Below, piece after piece: positions 1-8,980 of a stretch of 64,000 nt of DNA (position 1 is its first letter; the number at the start of each line of letters is the position of its first letter). A program made the position numbers and the translations under genes. The notes under the pieces are model-generated. The model had not been told where the DNA came from and searched no databases. It saw only the letters and a program-made list of their open reading frames with translations. Source of the DNA: an uncultured bacterium (GTDB lineage: Bacteria; Krumholzibacteriota; Krumholzibacteriia; LZORAL124-64-63); the NCBI GenBank assembly GCA_963727525.1, contig CAVSGO010000007.1, positions 1,536,001 to 1,600,000 of the forward strand. Reading direction: 5' to 3'.

Positions 1-1738
1 GATCCGGCACGCCCCCGCTCCCCAGCCCCTGGGGCTGCCCATAGGCCCATTCGGTCCCGCGGCTCCAGCCGGGATCGCTGGCCAGGTCGACACTGTACCG
101 CGACGACCGCTCGCCCACCTGCACCTGCAGCATCCGCGTGGTCGTGCCCACGCTGTCGGTGAGGTTGGCGAAGGTGACGGCGGTGCGGTGCACGCCGAGC
201 GGCAGATCGGCCGTGGTGCTGGCGAGGGCCAGGTCGACCGCGATCGTGTCGCCCACGGCGAGCGTGCCCGACCCGCCGGTGATATCGACCCAGTTCGAGT
301 CGCTGGTCACGTTGTAGACCAGGGACGCGCTACCGGTGTTGGCGAGCCGATAGGTCCAGAGCGCGGGCGCGAATGGGCCGCCCGGGTCGCCACTGGCCTC
401 CATGCCGAGAACGGGGATCACCGCCAGCCCGGCGTCGGGATCGGAGAGATCCAGGGAGGTCACGCCGAGCGCGAGGGGATCGAGCCAGTCGCGCAGTCGG
501 CTCGCCGCATCGCCCCCACCGGTCCACGACACGAAAAAGCGCCCATACCAGTCGGAAAGGTCGTTGCCGCAGGCCGCGTAGCCGCCGTGGAGCTGGCCGA
601 CGATATGGTGCTGCGGATCGAAGAGGGGCGAGCCCGAGGAACCGGGCTCCGTGGTGCCGAGGTCCCAGTCGGTGATGCGCAGGTGCGTGCCGTTGCCGGG
701 CACGTCGTTCAGAAGATAATTGGTGACGGTGAGCGGATCATTCTCGAAGCTGATACACTTCTCGTCGGTGTTGGGCTGGTGGATCGTCACCGCGGCGCTC
801 GGCGTGGTGTCGGTGGCGTCCCAGCCCGCGTACGTGACGCGGAAGTCGGCGTCGGGCATCGCGTCCAGCTCGAGCAGTGTGACGTCGCTCGTGGCGTAAG
901 TGGCGCGCAGCGTGGCGCCCGACTGGTGCTCCGCCAGGCTCCCGCCGCCGAGCTCACCGCACACGGGGCTCTCGTAGTTCCAGTACACGACGACCTCGGG
1001 TGCGAGGTCGGGATTGCTGATGCAGTGGTTCGCCGTGAGGAAGTACGGCCGGCCGTCGCGGGCCGTGTTGTTGATCATGGCGCCGGTGCACTTCCAGGCG
1101 CCGGCGACGGTGTACACGCCCACGGACCGGATCTCCTCCCGCCAGCCGTCGCCCTCGGGACACACCACGTCGATATTGCACGCGCCCACCTTCTCGCGCA
1201 CGGGTTCGCCGAAGTAGCGGTAGCCACGCCCCACCCGCGCGAGGTGCAGGTCGCAGGCCGCGGCGGCGTCGTCCGGCACGGTGAGCGAGAGGACGACGGC
1301 GTCGGTGAGCAGCACGGGCGTCCAGAGCTGGCCGTGACGGTTGTTGTCCGCGGCGGTGTAAACGAGCACCGGGCCGCTTCCGTCACGCGCGCGCAACGTC
1401 AAGCGCGCCCCCCATGGGAGTCGGAAACGGTCGAACCCGAAATTCAGGGAAAGGCAGCCGGAACTGACGACCTCGCACTGCCACGTGGCGGTGCCAGGCT
1501 CGGCGCCGGTCCAGCCGTCGGCCGCGGACAGGGGATCGATGTCCAGATCGGCCGGCCAGGCGAAGCGGTAGGGCTCGCCGACCGCGAGGCGCGTGTCATC
1601 CTCGGCGGCGAGGGCGGCGCGATCGGGGGACGCGAGGTCGAGCCGACGCGGCGCGGCCAGGGCCGTGCCCATGGCGACGACGACGCATGCCAGACTCATC
1701 ACGACGGATATTCCAGGGCGCAAGCGCGGCAGCGGCAT
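1..1738 (-). CDS. Secreted lysyl endopeptidase (Achromobacter protease I-like S1 serine protease) with C-terminal Ig/BACON-like extension; 3' end runs off the window
   Basis: Absent from the ORF track because no stop lies in the window. Translated by hand from ATG 1738 (GAGG upstream): signal peptide MPLPRLRPGISVVMSLACVVVAMGTALA, propeptide, then GACNIDVVCPEGDGW, CTGAMINNT, YFLTANHC, TTEPGSSGSPLF and GQLHGGYAACGNDLSDWYGRFFVSWTGGG...RLRDWLDP, which match API/Lys-C motifs. Confidence 0.9.
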   Translation of the reverse strand, partial: MPLPRLRPGISVVMSLACVVVAMGTALAAPRRLDLASPDRAALAAEDDTRLAVGEPYRFAWPADLDIDPLSAADGWTGAEPGTATWQCEVVSSGCLSLNFGFDRFRLPWGARLTLRARDGSGPVLVYTAADNNRHGQLWTPVLLTDAVVLSLTVPDDAAAACDLHLARVGRGYRYFGEPVREKVGACNIDVVCPEGDGWREEIRSVGVYTVAGAWKCTGAMINNTARDGRPYFLTANHCISNPDLAPEVVVYWNYESPVCGELGGGSLAEHQSGATLRATYATSDVTLLELDAMPDADFRVTYAGWDATDTTPSAAVTIHQPNTDEKCISFENDPLTVTNYLLNDVPGNGTHLRITDWDLGTTEPGSSGSPLFDPQHHIVGQLHGGYAACGNDLSDWYGRFFVSWTGGGDAASRLRDWLDPLALGVTSLDLSDPDAGLAVIPVLGMEASGDPGGPFAPALWTYRLANTGSASLVYNVTSDSNWVDITGGSGTLAVGDTIAVDLALASTTADLPLGVHRTAVTFANLTDSVGTTTRMLQVQVGERSSRYSVDLASDPGWSRGTEWAYGQPQGLGSGGVPD

Positions 1739-1991
1739 GGTGATACCTCGGGACGCTGGACCAGGGATGGCGATGCCCGAAACATAGCCGAGACCGGCGG
1801 GGAACTCCAGTGCCCAGCCACACTGCCCGAGCGGTATTCGGCTTCGCAACGCCTTCGCGAGGCGGTATTTGCCGACTCGGCCAAAAATAGTTACGGAATG
1901 CCGGGACAGATGGGTTATCGTTGACCCGACGTAGTCCGCCTGGCGAGGCGGGCCCGAAACGAACCCGACGGATGACAAGGCCAGGACCGAC

Positions 1992-3116
1992 ATGCACGAC
2001 CAGCCCATCAACAGCGATTTCACGGATCCCGACGAGACCCAGGCGAGCGAGGAATTCGCCCAGTTGCTGGAGGAATCCGCCGCCACGGAGACGAGCGAGC
2101 CCAACCCGGGCGACAAGGTGACCGGCACGATCGTCCGCATCGATCCCAACGAGACCTTCGTGGACATCGGCAGCCGCAGCGAACTGGCACTGCCGACGTC
2201 CGAGATCGTCGATGCGGACGGCCATCCCCGTTTCGAGGTGGGGGCTTCGATCACGGCGTACGTCGTCAAGCACGATCACGAGCTGTCCCTGACCACCGCC
2301 CTCGACGGCAAGGACCTGGGCTGGCAGATGCTCGAGCAGGCTGCGGCCAGCGGCACGCCGGTCGAGGGCAAGATCACCGCCACCAACAAGGGCGGCCTGT
2401 CGGTCGACCTGGGCGGCAAGCGCGGCTTCTGCCCCTTCAGCCAGATCGACCTGCGGCGCGTGGACGATCCCGACCGGTTCATCGGTCGCAAGGAGCGCTT
2501 CCGCATCCTCGAGATGTCGCCCGACGGACGCAACGTCGTGCTGTCGCGGCGCGCGGTGCTCGAGGCGGAGCGCGCCGATCAGGCCCAGCAGACGCGCGAC
2601 AACCTGAACGTGGGCGCAGCCTTCACGGGGCAGGTCACGCGGCTCGTGCCCTACGGCGCGTTCGTCGACATCGGCGGAATCGAGGGCCTCGTGCACATCT
2701 CGCAGATCAGCCATGCGCGCGTGAACGACCCGTCGGACGCGCTGAGCGAGGGGCAGGAAGTACGGGTGAAGGTGCTCGAGCTCCAGAACCTCGGCGAGGG
2801 CCGCAACGAGCGCATCAGCCTGTCGATCAAGGCGCTGGCCCAGGACCCCTGGCCGGCCACGGCCAGCAGCCTCGAGGTGGGCACCGATTGTGAGGGCACC
2901 GTGACGCGGCTCGCCGATTTCGGCGCCTTCGTGCAGATCCAGCCGGGCGTGGAGGGCCTGATCCACATCAGCGAGCTCGCCAACCGCCGTCTGCTGCACC
3001 CGCGCGAGGTCGTGGGCGAGGGCGATGTCATCGCCGTCCGCGTGCTGGACGTCGATCTACAGCGCCGCCGCATCAGCCTGTCGCGCAAGCAGGCCAGCGA
3101 CTACGACGGAGACTAG
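1992..3116 (+). CDS. Ribosomal protein S1-like protein with four S1 domains (374 aa)
   Basis: Repeated S1 motifs GxVTRLVPYGAFVDIGGIEGLVHISQIS and VTRLADFGAFVQIQPGVEGLIHISEL; ends RRISLSRKQ. Confidence 0.85.
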   Translation: MHDQPINSDFTDPDETQASEEFAQLLEESAATETSEPNPGDKVTGTIVRIDPNETFVDIGSRSELALPTSEIVDADGHPRFEVGASITAYVVKHDHELSLTTALDGKDLGWQMLEQAAASGTPVEGKITATNKGGLSVDLGGKRGFCPFSQIDLRRVDDPDRFIGRKERFRILEMSPDGRNVVLSRRAVLEAERADQAQQTRDNLNVGAAFTGQVTRLVPYGAFVDIGGIEGLVHISQISHARVNDPSDALSEGQEVRVKVLELQNLGEGRNERISLSIKALAQDPWPATASSLEVGTDCEGTVTRLADFGAFVQIQPGVEGLIHISELANRRLLHPREVVGEGDVIAVRVLDVDLQRRRISLSRKQASDYDGD

Positions 3117-3181
3117 ACGCCACACGACCCTGCGAGGCTCGAATGGGCGGCACCCTTCCGGGGTGCCGCTCGCGTCTCACC

Positions 3182-4339
3182 TCAACACGCTTCCCTGCGC
3201 AACGTGGTGACGGCCGCCACGATCACCGCCGCCGCCTCGTCGACCTCGGCCTCGGTGGTGAACCGCCCCAGCCCGAGGCGCAGGCTGTTGCGGGCCAGCG
3301 CGGGATCCACCCCGAGCGCGGCCAGGATCGGCGAGGTCTCGGGCGTGTCGCTGCTGCAGGCCGCGCCGGCCGACACGGCCAGCCGCGTGAGGGCGGGCAG
3401 CAACCGCCCGGGGGGCAGTCCGGGCACGCTCACGTGAAGGTTGCCGGGTAGGCGCCGCCGCGCATCCCCGTTCAGACGCAGATCGGTGATCCCGTCCCGC
3501 AGCCGCTTCCACAGCCGGTCGCGCAGGGTCCGCAACCGCGACGCCTCGACTTCGCGTTCCAGGCGCGCGAGGCGGCACGCCTCCCCGAAGGCTACGATGC
3601 CGGGCACGTTGAGCGTTCCACTACGCAACCCGCGCTCCTGACCGCCGCCCACGATCTGCGGCACCAGCGAGACGCGCGGATCGCGGCGGCGCACGAACAG
3701 CGCCCCCACGCCCTTGGGCCCGTAGATCTTGTGTGCCGAGAAGGCGAGGAGGTCGATGCCGTCGGCCTGTACGTCGAGCGGCACCTTGCCCACGGCCTGC
3801 GCACCGTCGACGAACAGGCGGGTGCCGCGTGCGCGGCAAGCCGTGGCGATCTCGCGTACCGGCTGCAACGTGCCGATCTCGTTCTGGGCGGCGATGACCG
3901 CGACGAGCACTGTCGTGTCGGTGAGCGCCGCCACCACGGCCTGCGGATCCACCAGCCCGTGCGTGTCGGCCGCCACCGTGGTCACGGTCCAGCCGGCGTC
4001 GGCCAGGCGCGCGAGGGGCGCGCTCACGGCGGGGTGTTCCAGGTTGGTGGTCACGATGTGGCGCCCGGCCGGCTCGGCAGCCTGGGCCAGTCCCGTGAGC
4101 GCGAGGTTGCACGACTCGGTGGCACCGGAGGTGAAGACGATCTCGCGGGCCGTGGCGCCCACGAGTGCGGCCACCTCCTCGCGCGCGGCATCCACCAGGG
4201 CGTTCGCCGCCCAGCCGTAGGCGTGGCCGCTGCTCGCCGGGTTGCCGAACTGGTCGCGCAGCACCGTCACCATGCGCTCGAGCACGCGCGGATCGACGGG
4301 CGTGGTGGCGTGATGATCGAGATAGATCGGCCCCGTCAT
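3182..4339 (-). CDS. iscS: Cysteine desulfurase (IscS/NifS group I)
   Basis: IYLDHHATTP, GNPAS, FTSGATES, PLP-lysine motif SAHKIYGPKG, RSGTLN, catalytic Cys in SAGAACSS. Confidence 0.88.
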   Translation of the reverse strand: MTGPIYLDHHATTPVDPRVLERMVTVLRDQFGNPASSGHAYGWAANALVDAAREEVAALVGATAREIVFTSGATESCNLALTGLAQAAEPAGRHIVTTNLEHPAVSAPLARLADAGWTVTTVAADTHGLVDPQAVVAALTDTTVLVAVIAAQNEIGTLQPVREIATACRARGTRLFVDGAQAVGKVPLDVQADGIDLLAFSAHKIYGPKGVGALFVRRRDPRVSLVPQIVGGGQERGLRSGTLNVPGIVAFGEACRLARLEREVEASRLRTLRDRLWKRLRDGITDLRLNGDARRRLPGNLHVSVPGLPPGRLLPALTRLAVSAGAACSSDTPETSPILAALGVDPALARNSLRLGLGRFTTEAEVDEAAAVIVAAVTTLRREAC

Positions 4340-4346
4340 GCCCAAC

Positions 4347-5306
4347 TCAGCGGCTCAGGGCGAGCATGCGCGCGATCGGCGCGCGCGCGCGATCGGCGAG
4401 ATCCCGCGGCAGCGTGAGCTCCGGCGCGCAATCGCGCATGCAGAGGTAGAGCTTCTCGAGCGTGTTCTTCTTCATGTGGGGACATTCGTTGCAACTGCAG
4501 CTCTCGTCGGCTCCGGGCGCGGCGATGAGTTCCTTGTCGGGATTTTCCTTGCGCATCTGGTGCAGGATGCCGCTCTCGGTGACCACGATGACCTGCCGCG
4601 CCGGTGTCTCGCGCGCGAAGCGGAGAATGCTGCTCGTCGATCCCACGTGGTCGGCGTGGCGCAGGATGGCCTCGGGACACTCGGGGTGCGCGGCCACCAC
4701 GGCCGCCGGATGCAGCGCCTTCAGCTCGACGAGCCGACGCTCGCTGAACACCTCGTGGACCTCGCAGCTCCCCGGCCAGAGCACAAGATCGCGCCCGGTC
4801 TGCTGGGCCACGTAGCGCCCGAGGAAGCGGTCCGGGGCGAAGACCACCGGCTGGTCGGCCGGGAACGACTCCACGATCTTCACGGCGTTGCTGCTGGTGC
4901 AGATGACATCGCTGAGCGCCTTGGTGCCGGCCGAGCAATTGATGTAGCTGACGACCTTGTGGTCCGGGTACTGCTCCAGCCAGCGGGCGAACGCGGCCGG
5001 CGGACAGCCGTCGGCCAGGCTGCAGCCCGCCGTGAGGTCGGGCACGAGAACCTGGCGGTCCGGATTCAGGATCTTGGCGGTCTCGGCCATGAAGTGCACG
5101 CCGGCGAAGACGATGACGTCGGCATCGGTGGCCGCCGCCTGCTGGGCGAGCGCCAGGCTGTCGCCCACATGGTCGGCGACGTCCTGGATATCCGGTTCCT
5201 GGTAGTAGTGGGCCAGGATCACGGCGTTCAGTTCTCGGCGCCGGGCATCGATGGCGGCGAAGAGGTCGAGTCCGGGCTCGCTGCCGGTCATGGTCGGCTG
5301 GCTCAT
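4347..5306 (-). CDS. nadA: Quinolinate synthase NadA
   Basis: [60 protein letters not shown]. Confidence 0.95.
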   Translation of the reverse strand: MSQPTMTGSEPGLDLFAAIDARRRELNAVILAHYYQEPDIQDVADHVGDSLALAQQAAATDADVIVFAGVHFMAETAKILNPDRQVLVPDLTAGCSLADGCPPAAFARWLEQYPDHKVVSYINCSAGTKALSDVICTSSNAVKIVESFPADQPVVFAPDRFLGRYVAQQTGRDLVLWPGSCEVHEVFSERRLVELKALHPAAVVAAHPECPEAILRHADHVGSTSSILRFARETPARQVIVVTESGILHQMRKENPDKELIAAPGADESCSCNECPHMKKNTLEKLYLCMRDCAPELTLPRDLADRARAPIARMLALSR

Positions 5307-5559
5307 CGGGTCCTCCCGGAAAGAGGGATCGCGTCACCCAAACCGGGGATGTCGTCCTGGCGAGAACGCCATCCTGGCGAGAATGTCGTCACGCCACGGC
5401 CATTCGGCAAGGCGCCGGCGGGGTGGTTGGGTGTGGACTTTCCCCCTGCCAGTGTTTAGATTTACGGGAGTTTATGCGCCGCGGCGCGGGCGCCGGTAGT
5501 GGCCCCGCCACCCCTTCCCGCGGTGCCGGTTCGATCTGCGTCCGTGTAAGGGAGAGCCC

Positions 5560-6672
5560 GTGATGACCGTTGCCCGAGCCCTGGTTAGCCGCGGCCGGCT
5601 ACCCCTGCTTCTCGTCGCTCTATTCGCTCTTGGTGTGCTCTGGGGCTGTAAGGGCGTGAGCGACGCCCCCACGTATCCGGATCCTCCGGTCGTCTTGCCG
5701 CCGAACTACTTCTACGCCGTCTGGGGCACCGGGGCGGACGACGTCTACGTGGTGGGCCAGCCGGGGTTGATCTACCACTGGAACGGCAGTGCCTGGGCGC
5801 GCGAGGATAGCCACACGACGGAGGTGCTCACCGACGTCTGGGGCGATGGCTCGGGGACCGTGTACGTCACCGGCAACAACGGGACGATCCTGCGCAAGAG
5901 CGGCGGCGGCTGGAGCCGCATGAACTCGGGCACGAGCAAGAATCTCTTCGCAGTCGGGCAGTACCACGGCACCGTCGTGGCGGCCGGACGCAACGGCGCG
6001 GTGCAACGACTCAGCGGCGGCAACTGGACGACTTCGCCGTCGGTGATCTTTGTCCGCGACCCCAATGGCGCCGTCACCGACACGCTCGATCTCTCGAAGG
6101 ACATCGAGTCGCTCACGACGGTCTTCGAGTACGGCATCGGCGGCTCTGACGGCATCGTGCTCATGCAGGACCAGGATGCCGACTACCTGCTGCGCCGCGT
6201 CAAGGGTGGCGAGGGTTGGGTCGCGGCGTCGTTCGGGAGCGCCGACATCTCCGCGAATTTCATCGTCACCGATTTTGGCCGCCTCTTCCAGATGGTGGAG
6301 CTGGAGAGCGGGGCACTCTCGTGGAAGGAGAGGTTCAGCCCCGCTGAAATCGGCGAACGCATCTACGGCATCTGGGTCGACGACCAGAACACGGTGTTCG
6401 TCTGCACCGAGCGCGGACGTGTCAACCGCGTCCGCCCGTCGGAACCGGATGGGGCCTTCCAGCAGCTCTACGGCGATGGCGCGAGCCTCTACGATATCTG
6501 GGGCACGTCGGCTCTCGATCTCTACGCCGTCGGCATCGACGCACGAATCCTGCACTACAATGATCCCGGCGACGGCGGTGGCCAGCGCTGGGTCGCCGAG
6601 TCGGTCCCGGATCTTCCCGGAGACAAGACCGTAGCTCAGGATGGTCGCGACAAGTTCGGCCGCCGGTTCTGA
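5560..6672 (+). CDS. Putative lipoprotein with beta-propeller-like (VWG...VYxVG) repeats
   Basis: Lipobox-like VLWG-C after a hydrophobic stretch; repeats AVWGTGADDVYVVGQPGLIYHW, DVWGDGSGTVYVTGNNGTIL, DIWGTSALDLYAVGIDARILHY. Confidence 0.7.
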   Translation: MMTVARALVSRGRLPLLLVALFALGVLWGCKGVSDAPTYPDPPVVLPPNYFYAVWGTGADDVYVVGQPGLIYHWNGSAWAREDSHTTEVLTDVWGDGSGTVYVTGNNGTILRKSGGGWSRMNSGTSKNLFAVGQYHGTVVAAGRNGAVQRLSGGNWTTSPSVIFVRDPNGAVTDTLDLSKDIESLTTVFEYGIGGSDGIVLMQDQDADYLLRRVKGGEGWVAASFGSADISANFIVTDFGRLFQMVELESGALSWKERFSPAEIGERIYGIWVDDQNTVFVCTERGRVNRVRPSEPDGAFQQLYGDGASLYDIWGTSALDLYAVGIDARILHYNDPGDGGGQRWVAESVPDLPGDKTVAQDGRDKFGRRF

Positions 6673-6778
6673 GTTCCTGCGCAGTCATGACACGCGACCG
6701 GCAACCCACGAATCCCCGACATGCCCGGCTGCGATCGCGGCCGGGCTTTGACCTGCTTCCCGCTTCAGGAGGTCCTCC

Positions 6779-8710
6779 ATGCGACTCTTCGGCTCCCTCC
6801 CGGCCGCTCGACTTCTGGTCGCGCTGATTGCGCTCGGCTGCATGGTCGGCGCGGCATCCAGCTTCGCGTACGAGCCCGACGCCGCGGCGCCTCGCTCCGC
6901 CATTCCCACCGAGTACCAGTGGCGCTGGTCCGACGTGTTCCCGAGCGACGAGGCCTGGCAGCAGGAGCTCGACGCGGTCGGCCGCGATATTCCGACGCTG
7001 ACGCGCTTCCAGGGCCACCTTGCCGATTCCGCCGCCAAGCTGCTCGAGGCCCAGGAGGCCGTGTACGACATCCTGGATCGTTACATGAAGCTGCGGATCT
7101 ACGCCCAGCTCAAGTTCGACATCGACCAGGGCGACAACACCTCGCGGACCAACGCGGGGCGCGTGGGCCAGCTCGGCCCCAAGCTCGGACAGGCCACCGC
7201 GTACATGGAGCCGGAGATCCTGCAGATCCCGCGGGAAACCATCGAGACGTGGATGCAGCAGACACCGGCCCTGCAGGACTGGAAGTACTACTTCAGCGAG
7301 TTGTGGCGCCAGCAAGCCCACACGCTGAGCCCGCAGGAAGAGAAGCTGATGGCCATCACGGGCCGTATGCGCGGCACCCCCGGCGACGCACACGAGGCTC
7401 TGCTGGGCGTGGACATGGACTTCCCCAAGATCGTCAACGCCCAGGGCGAGCTGGTGCCCCTGACGCTGAACAATTTCTCGAAGTACCGCGCCGACGCCAA
7501 CTATGCCGTGCGCAAGCAGGCGGCCGAGGCCTTCTTCGGTACGCTACGCGGCTATGAGAACACCTTCGCGGTACTCCTCGACGGTCTGGCCCAGAGCCAC
7601 GTGGCCACGAAGGAGGCACGGAACTACGACTCATGCCTGGAGGCCGCCCTCGCGCCGGACAACATCTCCACGAAGACGTATCGCAATCTCATCGACACGG
7701 TGCGCAAGAATCTGCCGAACACGATGCACAAGTACGTGGAGCTGCGTCGCAAGGTGCTGGGCATCGACGGACCTCTGACCTTTGCCAACCTCTACAACGA
7801 CCTGCTGCCCGTGGAGAACGTCAACTACACCTACGAACAGGGCCGCGCCATGGTCGCCCAGGCGCTCGCGCCCCTCGGCAAGGCCTACGACCAGGAAGTC
7901 ACCCTCGGCATGGATCCGGCGAACGGGTGGACCGATGTCTATCCAAACGAGGACAAGCGCAGCGGCGCCTATAGCACGGGTTCGGTGGCGCACGATATCC
8001 ACCCGTTCGTGATGCAGAACTTCGACAACACCCTCGACGCCGTCTTCACCACGGCCCACGAGTATGGGCACGCGATGCATAGCTACTACAGCAGCCACGC
8101 GCAGCCGCCTCAGTACCGTGGTTACACGACCTTCCTGGCCGAGATCGCCTCGACCTGCAACGAGGCGCTGCTGACGAACTACATGCTCAAGAAGTACAAG
8201 GGCGACACCGACATGACGCTCTTGCTGCTCAACCAGCGGCTGGAGAGCATGCGCTTGACGATCTTCCGCCAGACGCTGTTCGCCGACTTCGAGCTGCAGT
8301 TCCACGAGTATGCTGAACAGGGCAACCCGCTGACGGCCGAGTGGTTGAACAACAAGTACAAGGAACTCATCGAGACCTACTACGGGCCGGACTTCCAGCT
8401 CTCCGAGAACGACGACTGCGAGTGGATGTTCATCCCCCATTTCTACTACGACTTCTACGTCTTCACCTACGCGACCGGCCTCACCAGCGGCCTGGCCATC
8501 GCCGACCGCATCGAGAGCAAGGGCGACGCGGCTGCCAAGCAATACGTCGACAACATGCTCAAGGCGGGCGCGAGCGCGCCGCCGCTGGATATCCTGCGGG
8601 CGGCCGGCGTGGATCTCGAGACGCCGGCGCCGATCCAGTCGGCGATGGACCTCTTCGCACGCACCTTGGCCGACTTCGACCGCACGTGGACGAAGGCTCA
8701 CCACGAGTAG
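6779..8710 (+). CDS. pepF: Oligoendopeptidase F (M3B) with N-terminal signal peptide
   Basis: KRSGAYS, HEYGHAMHS zinc motif, AEIASTCNE, FRQTLFADFE, IPHFYYDFYVFTYATG; RBS AGGAGG. Confidence 0.92.
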   Translation: MRLFGSLPAARLLVALIALGCMVGAASSFAYEPDAAAPRSAIPTEYQWRWSDVFPSDEAWQQELDAVGRDIPTLTRFQGHLADSAAKLLEAQEAVYDILDRYMKLRIYAQLKFDIDQGDNTSRTNAGRVGQLGPKLGQATAYMEPEILQIPRETIETWMQQTPALQDWKYYFSELWRQQAHTLSPQEEKLMAITGRMRGTPGDAHEALLGVDMDFPKIVNAQGELVPLTLNNFSKYRADANYAVRKQAAEAFFGTLRGYENTFAVLLDGLAQSHVATKEARNYDSCLEAALAPDNISTKTYRNLIDTVRKNLPNTMHKYVELRRKVLGIDGPLTFANLYNDLLPVENVNYTYEQGRAMVAQALAPLGKAYDQEVTLGMDPANGWTDVYPNEDKRSGAYSTGSVAHDIHPFVMQNFDNTLDAVFTTAHEYGHAMHSYYSSHAQPPQYRGYTTFLAEIASTCNEALLTNYMLKKYKGDTDMTLLLLNQRLESMRLTIFRQTLFADFELQFHEYAEQGNPLTAEWLNNKYKELIETYYGPDFQLSENDDCEWMFIPHFYYDFYVFTYATGLTSGLAIADRIESKGDAAAKQYVDNMLKAGASAPPLDILRAAGVDLETPAPIQSAMDLFARTLADFDRTWTKAHHE

Positions 8711-8744
8711 AGCAGGGCGCCCGGCGCGCTTCCTACCGCGAACC

Positions 8745-8772
8745 GACGGGGCGCTTGCAAGAGCGCCCCGTC
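8745..8772. terminator. Stem-loop after pepF
   Basis: GACGGGGCGCT-tgcaag-AGCGCCCCGTC, an 11-bp perfect stem with no U tract. Confidence 0.45.
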
Positions 8773-8792
8773 TCGCGTCAGATGGGCTCGTG

Positions 8793-8823
8793 AAAAACCC
8801 CGCGCCGACGAACGGCGCGGGGT
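8793..8823 (-). terminator. Intrinsic terminator of tRNA-Lys
   Basis: Minus strand CCCCGCGCCG-TTCGT-CGGCGCGGGG followed by TTTTT. Confidence 0.8.
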
Positions 8824-8828
8824 CGCGA

Positions 8829-8904
8829 TGGTAGGCCGCCCTGGACTCGAACCAGGCACCCTCTCCTTAAAAGGGAGATGCTCTGCCAGATGAGCTAGCG
8901 GCCC
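8829..8904 (-). tRNA. tRNA-Lys (anticodon UUU)
   Basis: GGGCCGCTAGCTCATCTGGCAGAGCATCTCC-CTTTTAA-GGAGAGGGTGCCTGGTTCGAGTCCAGGGCGGCCTACCA; 76 nt cloverleaf with encoded CCA. Confidence 0.97.
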
Positions 8905-8924
8905 CCCGATTCGATATGGCGGGA

Positions 8925-8953
8925 AACATAGACCAGCCGCCAGGCGGTGTCAA
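8925..8953 (-). promoter_or_regulatory. Sigma70-type promoter for tRNA-Lys
   Basis: TTGACA-N17-TATGTT, about 20 nt upstream of the tRNA. Confidence 0.75.
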
Positions 8954-8980
8954 AAGCCCGCGATCGACGACGACGACGCT

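Noticed and set aside
188-1924. 578-aa + strand ORF
   Set aside because: Antisense shadow of the Lys-C-type protease; no motifs and typical GC-rich reverse-frame composition.
5307-5420. NAD+-I (nadA motif) riboswitch, suggested by the duplicated sequence upstream of nadA
   Set aside because: The leader is short, and I could not find the conserved core or tandem long stems. An Rfam search would settle it.
8829-8904. tRNA-Lys or tRNA-Leu as an integration site for an island
   Set aside because: No duplicated tRNA 3' end, integrase or composition shift was seen next to either tRNA.
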